From: Octopus sinensis
Lineage: Eukaryota
Direction: 5' to 3'
DNA length: 64,000 bases
Assembly: GCF_006345805.1 (NCBI RefSeq)
Contig: NW_021829832.1
Location: 682,001 to 746,000 of the forward strand
The translations under genes and the position numbers were made by a program. The notes under the pieces are model-generated. The model did not search any database and was not told the DNA's origin. It was given only the letters and a program-made list of their open reading frames with translations. Shown here in pieces: positions 11,075 through 23,915 of this stretch (within the stretch, counting starts at the first letter, position 1; every line of letters begins with the position of its first letter).

Positions 11075-13125
11075 ATGAACTTGGACGCATTCGCAAACCA
11101 ATTTGCAGCCCGTCTAAAGTCGACCAAGCACGTGACTAATGCCATTGAGGACAAATACCCAGAAAAGTACAATTCTTTTTAACCAGAATATACGCAAACT
11201 CAAATCTAAGATTAGATAAGTTAGAATACTACGGATTCGACATGGACTACACACTTGCAAGTAATCAAAGAGGAACCACTTTAGTGTATAAATCTCCTGC
11301 AATGGAAATCATGATATTTGACCTGATTAAACACACTTTGGTGAATATGGGTCATCCAAGAGAATTTCTCGATCTTCAGTACGATGAAACATTTCCCGTC
11401 CGGTTTAGCACTCCCGATATATTCCAGGGGGGTTGTCTACGACATTGTGTATGGCAATTTCCTCAAAGTTGACGCCTACGGACATATCTTAGTGGCCACT
11501 CATGGGACAAAACTAATGGAACAGTATTATAAAATACATCTTCTGCTTTAGAAAGGAGACGGACCGGTATTACCCAAACAGACTAATAGAATTGAGTGGG
11601 AAGGATGTTGTAATTTTCAGCACAGTGTACTGCAAGACTGGTAATCAGGACATTTGAGTGTATTTAGTGATATGTATCCTCTCTATGGTGGTCGACTACT
11701 ACACTGCTTTAGGAACTGCGACAGAGTGGGAATATAAATGGCTAATCTAGAACATACAACGGGGTATATATCGAGGACGGGGCACACACCATTTTCTACC
11801 GAGATATCTACATCAGTGTCGAAACTGCAAAGGAATATGTTCACGCCAATGTCTCATGTTTGTTTTGACCACATTAGGAACTCAAAGAAGCCACCTTGGC
11901 GAACATTTCAATCTATCTCGATAAAGACCCGATGATTGGTTTAATGCTCAGTCGGTACTGTGGGTTTAAACGTGATTTAAGGATTCGGAGTTTCGGAAGT
12001 AAGACCTTCCTTTTGACCAACAGTAAATTTCACTACGTCGACGTACCCACCTTTGGTAATCGAGACTTAGAAAATAATGAGTCACTTGCTCAACGAGGGA
12101 GACGTTAATTGGAGGAGTTACTTTGATTACATAATCACTGACTCTAAAAAACCTGCTTTTTTCACGACTAAGGATAAGCACTTTTGTCTGGTTGATGAGG
12201 TGAGGACATTTTGAAATATTTGTTGTAGGATACATGCTTGGAGACTTTAAAATGTGAACTCAATGAGTTAAAACGGGGGAAAATATACTCTGGGGGTGTT
12301 TTGTGGTTGATGAGTGAGGCAGGTTCTGCGATTGAGTTTTGTCGACTCACGGGGGCTAAGACTCGGTCTGTGATCTACGTTGGAGATTCGATTTACGGAG
12401 ATATTCTCAAATCTAAGAAGAACTCGTGGAAGACATTGTTGATCATTCCAGGCCTAAAAAAAGAGATCCACCAATGGTGGGAGAACTATAAGTCTTACAA
12501 AATGCTTGACGGTCTTGACCAAATTCAAAAAAAAGAACTGTATTCCAATCCTCCACTTTTCCTAGGTCTGCTCCGGAAGGGAGTGACCCATTAAAAGACC
12601 ATAAAAATATAGTCAATTGGGTTTCCTCAGTCTATAAAGTATTTTTTGAAAGTTGGGACGTTTAGTGTTTGAGTAGAATGATTGATGCGAATTATGGGAC
12701 TCTCGGAAGTACTTTTAGATCAGGCATCGGTTTCAGAATGTCATCTTTTAGGGTCTCTACATAGCTATTTTTTTCACCAAATTAAAATGTATGCAGATCT
12801 GTATAGTCATTCGGTGACGACTCTCTATTACTATCTTCCTTCGTATTTCTTCCATTTCACACAAATTCTGGTCAGTTTGTGGGTCATATTGTGCAGTTGG
12901 AACATGAAAAGATTGCTGATAGTCATGGAGAGTATGATATTGAGGACGAAAATGACGACTATTTGGAGCTGGCTCGCGAATTGATGAGGTCGTATATAAA
13001 CAGTGCTACTCTTGATGTCCTCTATTTGTACATATTTTGCCTAGAACATTGCCTCTCGACAGAAAACACTCGATAATTTACACTTGAACATTGATTCGAG
13101 CGAAAGTGAAAACGAAAACAGTTGA
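11075..13125 (+). CDS. NT5C2: Cytosolic purine 5'-nucleotidase (NT5C2 family HAD phosphatase), copy 1
   Basis: GFDMDYTLA catalytic motif, [42 protein letters not shown]. Introns of 20-28 nt (shortest 11167-11186). Confidence 0.88.
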
Positions 13126-13546
13126 AAGTGGAATTTTCCTTGTATTTCATGTTTTTTCTTTACTACCTTTACTAACGTTTCGTTAATCTAAATCGGGGGT
13201 TTTCAACTTTTTTAGCTCTAGGACAAAATATTTTGTCGAAATACGGAGTAAATTCCGCAGACGATGTACGTAAATATGGAATTAGGTGTCCATGAGTCAA
13301 TCGATTTCGATACTTGAATTTTATTTGCGCATTTTTTCTAAAGAGTGCTTCACATGTTACGAACAGCACCAAAAAGCCGTCAAAGAATTTGAGTTGTACA
13401 TTTGCAATTCAATTAAATTGTCTTTAACTTTTTTTTATCATCCATCTTTTCTATTTTGAAAACAAATGGATTAACTAACAATTCAGATATAATCTTTAGT
13501 AGAAAAATAATTTTTAGATTATTTAAATTTAGTATCTTGTGGCAAT

Positions 13547-14341
13547 ATGGCAAAAAAGAGTAAAAATCAGAAAAGAAAAACAGTTTTACTTAATCCGTAC
13601 ATAAACAACTCCAAATTATTTAAAAAAGAATTTTCAAAAACCATTTCTCCAAATATAAACGAAAAGGAAACCAAAATCTTAAAAATAATGACAAAGTATG
13701 CCTCGTGTTTTCACACTAAGATTGATAGAGGAAAACAACCTGGAACGTCCCAATATACCGTCCAACTTATTCAAGACCAAAATGGAAAGACGTGACGAAA
13801 TCCAACGCCTATATTCTCTTGAAGATCCCAGAACTACTAAAATTAGGTGTCGACTTATAAATATGTGGTAGAAGTCTTTTATGTCTCGGTTTTAACAATG
13901 TCTGTAAACGACTTGAACAAGGAAAACTTGAGTTTGTTTTGATCGACGATTCCCCGGAAGTTTCGATGGCGACAGCTCACTTGTATCAACTGGCTGTGCA
14001 CACAGGGACTTCCAAAGTCGCCTTTATTCATAATCTGGGACAAAAACTGGCTCCTTTGCTGAGAATAAAGTCACTTTTAGCAGTCGGGGTCACCACATTT
14101 GTAATTATAGTATTTATATATTCTGAAGGTTGACGAAGAGTTGAAGACTTTCCGAAAGTCTGTCGAGGAGGTCAAAGATCTTATAGAAGAAGTGCATGTT
14201 GATGATGGTCTGAATTCTTGTCTTGCATTCCTCCCCTCTTCTGCCAATGGACTTATTCGGGAGGCCATGTCTGCGAATCCTGTGTATTATAGTGCACAAA
14301 TTGGGTTTGTGAAGAAAAATCCTCATCGAAAAATCAAGTAA
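13547..14341 (+). CDS. RPP38: L7Ae-family protein, probably RNase P/MRP subunit p38
   Basis: N-terminal KTVLLNPY and L7Ae-like LCLGFNNVCKRLEQGKLEFVLI...AHLYQLA...LAPLLRIKSLLAVG. Exon boundaries only partly resolved. Confidence 0.7.
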
Positions 14342-14524
14342 TTTTTAATTTTTTTGTTAATTAAATCACTTTTTATTTTTATATTTTTAAAAATAATTCC
14401 CTATTTGAGTCCGAGAGTATTTTATTTTAAAAAATATAAATTTCAAAAATGAGGAATTTTAATTAAAGATAGACACTTTTTTAAGTTTAAAATCATTAAA
14501 TCAATTGAGAATGTAAGAATATTA

Positions 14525-15335
14525 TTCATGCGTGTCTATAAGCGAGAGGCTGACGTGATCGAGAAAGAGTTAGTGTATCTTCGCAAGAAATATCCGCTCA
14601 AAAAACCATTTCGCGAGCGTCGCTTGCGAATGTATACATCCGAGACCCGATTTCCTAAGCGAAGATGATTGCATTTCCTCCCAAAAATCCGAAAGTTTAA
14701 CTGCGAATGGAAGGAATTGGTACTTCTCCACAAGCAAAGAGTATTTCCGATCATCCAGGACGGATGCGGACATCAGCAGGTTCTGAGGCGAGAATAAGTC
14801 CACACATGTGGCGTACCAGGTGAGTGACTTTCCTTTATTGAAGGGAAACAGTGTCCCGTCCGGTCTCTTTCCATCCCCCGATCGATCTCAGTAAGTTCAA
14901 GTGTGGATGGGATTCCGGCGACTTCCAAAGCTTTTCTGATAAGCTCATTTAAAGCAGCGTTCCGCAAGATACGGCCAGCACTGCCTCTACACGATAAGGC
15001 GGGCAGACCAAAACGACAGATTTTAGCGCTACAGAGACAGAAATGTGGCTCACATAGGCGAAGACCGAAACGTAAACAAATCACAGTCCTAATGTACTCA
15101 TTGTCCAAAAGGTTCCCAATACCTGGCAGTGGAATGGCATTTAACCAGACACTGCTGTAGGAACGACAGGCCGTCTCAAAGCAAATCAAACGATGTTGAT
15201 CAAGGGATGCACGGAACGACTTAATAGGGTATTGGAGGCCAATTTTGTCGCAATCAAATTGCCTTTGAGGGAGGTCCGGAGTTTCAAATCCTAGCGAGTG
15301 CCACTTCAGGACCGCCGATGATATATTTTCATTAT
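14525..15335 (-). mobile_element. CRE-clade RLE retrotransposon, 3' portion with frameshifts
   Basis: LCEPHFCLCSAKICRFGLPALSC..AGRI.R, LELTEIDRG, QFLPFAV, WFFERI. Highly similar to 40732-42025. Confidence 0.9.
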
Positions 15336-17163
15336 CGAAGATAATAACAGCTTTTTCTGCAAAGTCATAATATTTTATAGCTCGAACAGGCATGATACAC
15401 ACATAACAGTTTATTTTTAGCTAATCGTAGGTAGGGCCAGGGAATGATTTTTACTTGTTGTTTATTTGTTTGTGTGTTCAAAATAGACAATCCAGTTCCG
15501 CAGTAAGTCTTCACTGATGATGGCGTCACTCGTGGAACCTTCCAAAATAGACAATTCTAATTAAGAAAAAAGAATTCAAATTTAAAAGAAAATTTTTATA
15601 ATAATTTTAGGTATTTATTAAAAATTGAGCTTGGGTAGAAAACCAAACTCTATTATTTAACAGCAACTAAACCCAAAATGCGAAATTAACTAAATCAATG
15701 ATCCTGGTCTCCAAAAATTTTTATCCTCTTGTGATAACTATCCACCTACGTACTATCACTTTCATTCTCCGAACCATTTATTGTTCCCTTTGTTCAACCA
15801 CTCACTAGACATTTTGAGATTAAACTCCTCTTAAAAGTACCTAAAAGCTTACTTGTAGAATGATATAAAATTAGTGAAAAGTTTATAAAATTAGCACAAA
15901 TTAGTTAAACACGATTCATTTGTGTTTATTGATTTCTGATATAATTGTCCAGGTTATGATAATTAATATTTACATATTATATATTTTAATTATCGAACAG
16001 TTCTTGGGACACGGTTGAATGCCTAATAAAGTTGTATAATTTATAATTTAATTTATACGGAAAAAGAAAAAGGAAAAACAACAAAAAAAAAGTCAACACA
16101 ATCCAGAACAGGACAAAATAACCTGTATGGCGATCAACAAATTTATTCAAAATTCCAAGAAATTCACAAAATTTATACCAAAATACGAAATGGAAAATAT
16201 CCTGGGCTATTATGCTAATTTGCTAAACAAATATTTAGAATAGCAAGTATATAGCTATTTCCTTGATATTTGTTTAATTGATAATTAATCAATATTAACG
16301 AAAATAACTAGTTAAATTACTAAAAGATTCCTTTTTAAACCACTCTTTATTATCTCTTCATGCACTCCAAGATCTAGCAACGTCATTCAATTGAAGTTAA
16401 GAGTCTTCCTGCCCACATTTTGGCTTCACTTTATTGTGCTGGTCATCATCATCTTTCTTTGATCATCAAATCATTGACCTCGATTATTGACATTCATCTT
16501 TGTCAATCCACCCTGTACTTAACTTGGATACGTTCTAGGGTCTTCTTTTTTACAGTGCTTTCAATATACACCTTGATTAAGTTGTCTACTTTGAGAATAT
16601 TTGAATGATGTTGGTTAAAATTGCTTATAATACCATTTCAAGTTAGGACCAAAACTACTACTGTCCACGTTTGACAATTAAAAAGTATTGAATGGAAGGA
16701 CTTTTTTTCAATCTTTTCGATTATATGTTTTTGCTAAACTTTTTTAACAAACTCATCAATAATTTTCCAAAATCTTTGAATGCGGTTAAGATATTCTAGA
16801 TTGTGGCTATGTTTTCTTTACTTAACAATCAGTAGAATACCCACTCTTATTAGATAATAGACAACTTCTTTTCCAAGTCTTTTCACAATTAGAAAAGTAT
16901 TTGTTCACTCTTGTCACTGACAGCAATCTTCTTCTTATTGATATTTTGTTAAATATGATAAATATAACTTTTCTTCCCGGTTTAGATGTACCAGGCTTCC
17001 ACGTACATTTTAATAAACAAACTCAAACTCCGTTGGTTCCATATCGATACCATATGTAATATTTTTTCTAAATCTAGAATTCGAATATTAAACAAAAAAA
17101 CAAAAGGAAATCGGGACAACCCGCAGAGAGAATTGAGAAACTGTTTCCCATAATAGCAGCTAT

Positions 17164-18128
17164 TAAGACACGCTTGAAGAGCCGATTGAGCTTGTGGGGG
17201 TCGTTGTAATAATTGTATAACAACAGGAAAGCTAATTGATAAATTAAACAATAGAATTAAATGGAAGGTATTTCTGACGATGAAAACCTCGTTAGGATTA
17301 TAAAAACAATGTCTCATAAAGCATTTAATTCATCAACTTATACAATTATATTATAAGGTCAAACTCGGACATAGATAGTGGTTCTATTATCTATTTTTAA
17401 GAGTTGTTTTTTGAAATGGCATTTATTCGATAATTATAAAAATAAAACCCCAAACTGATAAAAAAATTTAGTGTTTTTGCTAAACTTATTTTTACAAACT
17501 CATCATTAAATTTCCAAGTCGTTTTTACTGCCTGCTGTGCTGTTACTCACCACAAAAGACCCAATCGACTCTCCCGACTGGCAGAGCCACATCGAGAAGG
17601 ACTACATAGACGCCTCCTATTCATACCAAGACAGAGAACAATACTCAATCAGCCTAAAAAACTACAACTCGACCTTAATCGACCGAATAATAAAGAAGAC
17701 AGGGGGAAAGACAGTCCCTTGTGATCTCTTTGGGGATACCCCACTAGTAATGTTCTGCATGAATAACGCCACATGTTATGCTGACATTGTCTTTGAAAAG
17801 GCGTCTCCATATTGCATGTAACAGCCTAAGACACGCTTGAAGAGCCGATTGAGCTTGTGGGGGTCGTTGTAATAATTGTATAACAACAGGAAAGCTAATT
17901 GATAAATTAAACAATAGAATTAAATGGAAAGTATTTCTGACGATGAAAACCTCGTTAGGATTATAAAAACAATGTCTCATATCAACTTATTATAATTATA
18001 TTATAAGATCAAACTCGGACATAAATAGTGGTTTTATTATTTATTTTTATGTTTTAGGGTTGTTTTTTGAATGCCATTTATTCGATAATTATAAAAAGAA
18101 AACCCCAAACTGATAAACAAAATTTTAG
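17164..18128. repeat. Two ~305-bp direct repeats (17164-17472 and 17827-18128) flanking the EGF exon copy
   Basis: Both begin TAAGACACGCTTGAAGAGCCGATTGAGCTTGTGGGGG and align through ...CCCCAAACTGATAAA. Confidence 0.85.
17516..17824 (+). pseudogene. Inverted, truncated copy of exon 1 of the EGF-domain gene at 18241-18884
   Basis: Near-identical to the reverse complement of about 18576-18884, but ATG is replaced by AAG and the copy stops 7 nt into intron 1 (GTAACAG). Confidence 0.8.
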
Positions 18129-18240
18129 TTTCATCAGAAAATTATTAGTGATTTTTAAATTATAATCAATAAGTTTAGGCAATTAAATCAAGAATAAAAA
18201 TGTTTAAAGAAATAACGATTACAAAAAATTAACAAAATAA

Positions 18241-18884
18241 CTAATTAACATTAAATGGCCGAATAATAACATCCGAAGAATATAATGACTGATAAGGGTA
18301 TCGGGGATTGAAGAGAAAATTCCAGGCACTATACATTTATCAAATAAAAAACTTTCTGCGGAATAAAATAATACGGACCAGCAAAATTAAAGCCAGCAAA
18401 GTGAGTAAAGAATTGAATATTATCATGAAGATCAGTATCTTCTTCTCATCTACTTTAGAAAAATAACAAATACTCGCTTGGTGGGATAAAAAATATTTTT
18501 CAGAATATTCTGTTTGGCATCGATCTCCTATATAGATGTTGCCATGAAAGGGAGTGCATCTAAATAAAAAATAAACTGTTACATGCAATATGGATACGCC
18601 TTTTCGAAGACAATGTCAGCATAACATGTGGCGTTATGCATGCAGAACATTACTAGTGGGGTATCCCCGAAGAGATCACAGGGGACTGTCTTTCCCCCTG
18701 TCTTCTTTATTATTCGGTCGATTAAGGTCGAGTTGTAGTTTTTTAGGCTGATTGAGTATTGTTCCCTGTCCTGGCCTGAATAGGAGGCGTCCGTGTAGTC
18801 CTTCTTGATGTGACTCTGCCAGTCGGGGGAGTCAACAGGATCTGTTGTGGTGAGTAACAGCACAGCAGACAGTAAAAACGACAT
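18241..18884 (-). CDS. Type I membrane protein with a single EGF domain (TGF-alpha/Spitz/neuregulin-type ligand-like), ~198 aa
   Basis: Signal-like MSFLLSAVLLLTT; six Cys in C..FCMHNATC..PYC|IC..YIGDRCQ; hydrophobic ILIFMIIFNSLLTLLALILLV then RR. Introns 18560-18582 (23 nt) and 18329-18352 (24 nt) give a 597-nt frame. Confidence 0.75.
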
Positions 18885-19099
18885 TAGTTGATTTACAGTG
18901 ACTAATCAAAATTAAATGAAATTTATTACGTTTGAGGGCATTCATTTTATAAATATTAAAAAATATAATTAATTATTTAAATCTAATAAATTATTCTGCT
19001 TAGATTTAGTGTCTTGTGGTGTTAAGCCTGGTACAATTTGAAAGTCGATTAGAATGTTAATAACATGTCACAACAAAGATTTTCAATCAATTTAATTTT

Positions 19100-21790
19100 T
19101 GTTTCTATTCAATTTTCTTCTGACAACAAAAATTTAAAATTAAAAGTTGTTAACCAACTAATTTATACTATGTATAGTGAATTTCCACCACATAAGATGG
19201 CTGTACCCCCGGGCGATCGCCAACAAGACTTTTTGGGAAGATGGCAAATCTCTTTTTGGTTTTTGCTTTTTTTGGCGATCTTTGTCCCAAGCCGACAAGG
19301 AAAAGAAAGTGTTTCCGGACCGATTACCTTTGATGTCACGACCGCTATTGACGCAAAAATATGATTTCTGGTCAGGGACGAGTATTTTCTTAATTTTCTC
19401 AACTCCGCGAGTTTGGCCGCCGACCTAGGCTCGGCAACTGACGAGATCAGGTTGTTCGGAGAGAATGTTCGGATTACGTCGCGTCCCAGATGAGGCATTT
19501 TCCGTTGTCTTAGGGAAATGTTATCATGTCATCTGGGCGCTTTCCATTTCCGCGATCCAACCATACTGGTTTCAACACGTTAGGAATCTTGCACAAGTAA
19601 GGGCACGGATCACCACATCACCAGGATCTGACAGCCGAAGAGAACTCAGAGTCCAAGGGGGATTCAGAAACGGATTGGAGAATCTCATGGACGAGAAAGC
19701 TAGTGGCGTGAACAGAGGAAAGGAATGCTGCATGGAAAGATCAGCAGCAGAGCGCACACCAATGCAACTGTGACTAACCAGGAGGATTGCTTGCTTCCAG
19801 TAGAGGTCATCGAAAGGGGCGTTAGAAATTGTTTCGAGGCAAGACATGAGATCACGGTCGAAGGTTGAAAGGAGTTAAACGAGTGGAGAATATCGGGAAA
19901 ATGGTGTTGATCGTAACTGATATTCATTATTTAGTTAGTTAATGCACGTTCCCGTTGCCAGTAAACAAAGTTTATGATTCCCTTGTGCCATGTTTTTAAC
20001 TATTCTTGTTGTTAGCCCCTTCCATCTCTTCCGTCGTCTTGCCCTCTTTCCGATTTCGTCCAGATCGTCTGCATCCATCAATCGTCCTCCGATCATAGCA
20101 CAAGGGGACACACTATCGCCTATATTATTTATCGTCTATCTGGAGGCAGCTCTGAGAGACCTAAGAGTAGAAATTGGATGTATGGACAACCAAGTTGTGG
20201 AACTCGTATACGCGGATGATCTTGATTTTATTGCGGAGGATCGGAAATTAATAAAGATCATTATGAAGAAAGCAAGAACAATTTTCGATAAATGGTCACT
20301 CAAAGTCAATGAAGAGAAAACCGAAATAACCACCGTCGAACGTATGCCAACTCGCATAGATGAGAAGTGGCGAAACGTCCGAAAACTCGGATCTCTTCTT
20401 GGCGATTCCGAAGATATTACCAGACGAAAAATATTATCAACAATTGCACTTAAAAAACTTCAATCTTTGAGAAAAAACCAAATTTCGACTAAGATGCGCC
20501 TACGATTATATGATGCATTTGTCCGACCTGTCCTCATGTACAACGCAGGTACTTGGGGAACATCAAAGAAAAACATGGAGCAACTTGACTCTTTCCACAG
20601 GGGTCAACTGAGAAAACTCCTCGGCTATTCGTGGCCGAAGAAAATATCAAATGATAAAATTCATTATTTGTGGGAATTTATTTAGAGACGGATGGTGTGG
20701 GAGGGGATTAGGATTCTCAGGTCATCTAGGACCGATTCAGATGAACCACCTATAGAGGCGGCGTCTAAATACTAGATATTTAAATGAGATGAAACCATCC
20801 TGGCAACATTATCCACAGCCAAGGCGAAAAGTAGAGGGCCCAGAGGGTCACCCTGCTGTACTCCATTGTTGGACAGAATTGTCTGATTGCCGGCGATAAG
20901 GAGGCTGGGCTGGCGGTAGGCCAAGGCGACGAGGCGCTAGATTGCTGGGCAGCGACAGGTAACAGATTCGAAGAAAGTTTCACAAAGCACACAGTTAAAA
21001 GCATTAGCCAAGTCTATCTTGATAAGAAGACAGGGCTTGTCTTGCCGATCTTGCAAGGAAAGAACAAACTTTCTTATGGCATGAACTGCTGTTTCGCAGC
21101 CTCCCCGAAAACCTACGCCGAGTTGTATTGGTCGTAATTCCGATCCCAACAATTTAGTGGCTTGTCTGCAGGCTACTTTTGACGCCAATCGGCGAAAGAG
21201 AAAACCCACGGCGATGGGACGGACTCCTTTTTTCTCAGGGCGGTGAGATTGGCGGCAAAAAATAAGTCACGAGCATACTCGGAGATCTCTCCGTTCAAAA
21301 TACGGTTCGTAAGAGCTGTTTGAGAGGATAGGAGGCGGTGACCAGCTTCGCAGGTTTGGGGCGAGAGCATGTCTTTGACGTACCCGGGTCGATGACCGTC
21401 TATACCGCCACAGCTACCGGTTGGAAGAGAATTGATTGGGGTGGGGTGCTTCGCTTTGAGTTCTGTAAGAATTTGGGGGTTATTTCGAAAGCTTTGGAAT
21501 CGAAGGCCAGTACTCGCACAACGTCGGCGACATTTCCTTCCAATAGTTGGGCGTTTACACGTTCACGTGGGCGTATGGCGTCGCGGTCAATACTCTCGTC
21601 GTTTTGTAGGACGCGGGGCTGGTGGTTTTGGCTCTTCTGTTGGGCCTTCACTGGGGCACTTAACCAACTAGAGAAATCCGAGGGATAAGACATGCATGCC
21701 GATATTAGCCTTAAGTCGCGACGAAATGGAAATGGGATGCACAATCGAGTTCTCACACACCGATTGAACTCGATGGGTTCGCAACTTTCT
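19100..21790 (-). mobile_element. Degenerate CRE-clade retrotransposon interrupted by an RTE insertion
   Basis: RPIAVG..FRRL, PIQLGVG..GGCE, IKIDLANAFN, GVQQGDPLGPLLF at 20670-21790. The 3' half (RKYSSL..IAVVTS..GN) lies at 19100-19921. Confidence 0.85.
19933..20658. mobile_element. RTE-like insertion with 5' inversion (twin-priming structure) and 11-bp TSD
   Basis: TSD ATTCATTATTT at 19922-19932 and 20659-20669. 19933-~20096 is the element 3' end plus (TAAC) tail on the minus strand; ~20095-20658 is the RT core (QGDTLSP, YADD, KLGSLLG) on the plus strand. Confidence 0.8.
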
Positions 21791-21794
21791 GGAC

Positions 21795-21985
21795 TGCCTC
21801 AAGCCATACTTATTGGAGAGCAGAAGATGAGGGACCTCACCACATCCTTATACCTCCATGTGTAATCATGGTAAAGCATACTCCCACACTTCGTGGCTAA
21901 TTTTATGGTCCCTAGGTGTGTACCACGCGCTTTTTCAGCAGCAAGAATGGCAGCCTTCCTTTGGGATACACTCGAACCCATTTTA
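21795..21985 (-). mobile_element. R4/Dong-like RLE retrotransposon zinc-knuckle fragment
   Basis: LATKCGSMLYHDYTWRYKDVVR..LLLSNKYGL, nearly the same as 39100-39160. Confidence 0.7.
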
Positions 21986-23790
21986 TTTATTTATTTTATT
22001 AAATCACCAAGACCACGCTAAAAACCGAACAAACGTCACGTGATCCCGATGCACTCAACCAGGGACCTCATCCTCGCTCGGTGATCTTTCCACGAGCCCA
22101 CACAAGATCGCACTGGGCGGCAGGCCGTTTTTGGCGGAGCATTCGCTGACGGGCCCAGGTTCAGCTTGATTAGGTCTTCCAGAGAAGCTGGACCGGGGCG
22201 TTGGCTATCATGTAACCAACGATCGGTTAATCTGAGGGCCCTTTGTTGAGCCTCCTCGATTCGCCTCCTGTTGGACCACGATAGCCGCGGACCCCATGAT
22301 CCGCAAGCGTAGGCAATAAAAGGTTCGAAGTACTGGCGGTAGATATTCGCCAGTACCGGGTGCGACCCGTTTTTCCATATTCCGGATAGAGTTCGTAGTA
22401 TGTTCAATTTTTGTTCGCATTTGCAAAGGAGGTTGTCTGCATGTGGGGAGAAACAGAGGTGCATGTCGAGTGTTACCCCTAGGACCGTCTGACTCCTGTT
22501 GACGGGTACGTACATATTATTCAGCTTTAAGTCGACTGACGTCCTTCCGAATCTTTTGTCCGAGGTGAAGAGGGACGTGGCGGACTTCGCGTTTACCACG
22601 GGCCGGTTGTCCGTCAGCCATAGGTTCAGCCGATCCAAGTTAGCCTGGAGCCTTTCAGAGGCCTTCTGAATGTCCCGGTCCCGTGAGGCTAGTACGATGT
22701 CGTCCGCGTATGAGAGAACAATGTCATTGTTGTCGAGGGAAAGAGGTCTTCCAAAAATAAGTTGAAGAGGGCCGGGGATAAGGGGGATCCCTGAGGTACT
22801 CCGTTGGGTAGAAGACGAGATTTGAACTTCAGACCACCGAGGCACACCCTTTCCCTTCGTCCACTTAGGAAGTTGGTAATCCATATTTTTAGCTTCAGAG
22901 GAAAGTCGGATTGGAATATCTTCCTTGAGAGGAGCTTCCTCGAGACGGAGTCGAAGGCTTTATGGATGTCGACGGAGCAGAGCACGGTCTTTTGGTTCCT
23001 CGGTTTGCTGGCAAAACCGGTACAGATGAAGTTTGACAAGGATTGGAGGTACGAAGACGTGGACTTGGCCTTCTTAAACCCATGTTGAAAATGTCTTTCA
23101 GGTAAGAAATCTTCTATTCTGCCAAGAACCAGTCTTTCCAGGATTTTTGACATCGAACATAACAGGGAAATAGGCCTGAAAGATGCCTGGTCCCCTCTTG
23201 GTCTTTCAGGCTTCAGTATCGGCCTTATTAGGGCCTGTTTCCATATTGACGGAATCACGTTGTTGTTGATTGAATACCTGAAAATGGATGTTAGAAACCT
23301 GACTCCTTCGACACCAAGGTTTTTTAATAGAATGACCGGGATTTTGTCCGGGCCGTGAGAATACGAAGATTTTGTGGAGTGCAAAATATCTTCCACCTCC
23401 TTTACCGAGAGGAGGAGCGGTTCAGCCCGTTTTTTTAGGCTTCTGTTGGAGGAGAGTGAGTCGGATTTCCTGTGCTCTTTGTGTGCATTTTTCGCATAGA
23501 AATTCATGAGGTTGTTCACGTCTTTTTTATCAAAACCTTCGAAAGGTTCGGGAGCGTCCCCCCTGGCCACGTGCCGAATGGCTTTCCACACTTCACCCGT
23601 TAAACGATTACGGTTCACGGTAGGAAGAATTCGATTCCATTTCAAATAGGTGTGCCTGTGCTCACTGGTCTTCAATTCCTTGTTTAAATATCGGATGCGG
23701 GTAATTATTTCAGAAGACATTCGGTTTGACTTTTTGATTTCTCTCCTTGGCCAGACCGGATATCCTTCGACTACAAGCAGCGTGAGGTGG
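21986..23790 (-). mobile_element. 5'-truncated APE-type LINE (Jockey/I/Ingi-group-like) RT region
   Basis: GPDKI, FRPISLLCSMSKILE, QHGF, DIHKAFDSV, GVPQGSPLSP, SYADD. AATAAAATAAAT tail at about 21986-22000. Frameshifted. Confidence 0.85.
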
Positions 23791-23915
23791 ACGTTTAGGA
23801 ATATCTAATTATTAATGGTCATTTGGGTCATTCTCTTTGATTTAGTAATAGCAGAAAACTAAGTGGGATTAACTATGTTTATTATAAATATTATATTTCG
23901 ACGCAGCAAATAAAA

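Noticed and set aside
15500-15535. Hammerhead ribozyme core (CTGATGA)
   Set aside because: No GAAA and no stable stem II or III.
15640-16920. Further R4-like remnants (EWLNKGN, HCKKKT, KCG)
   Set aside because: Too degenerate to delimit or call as features.
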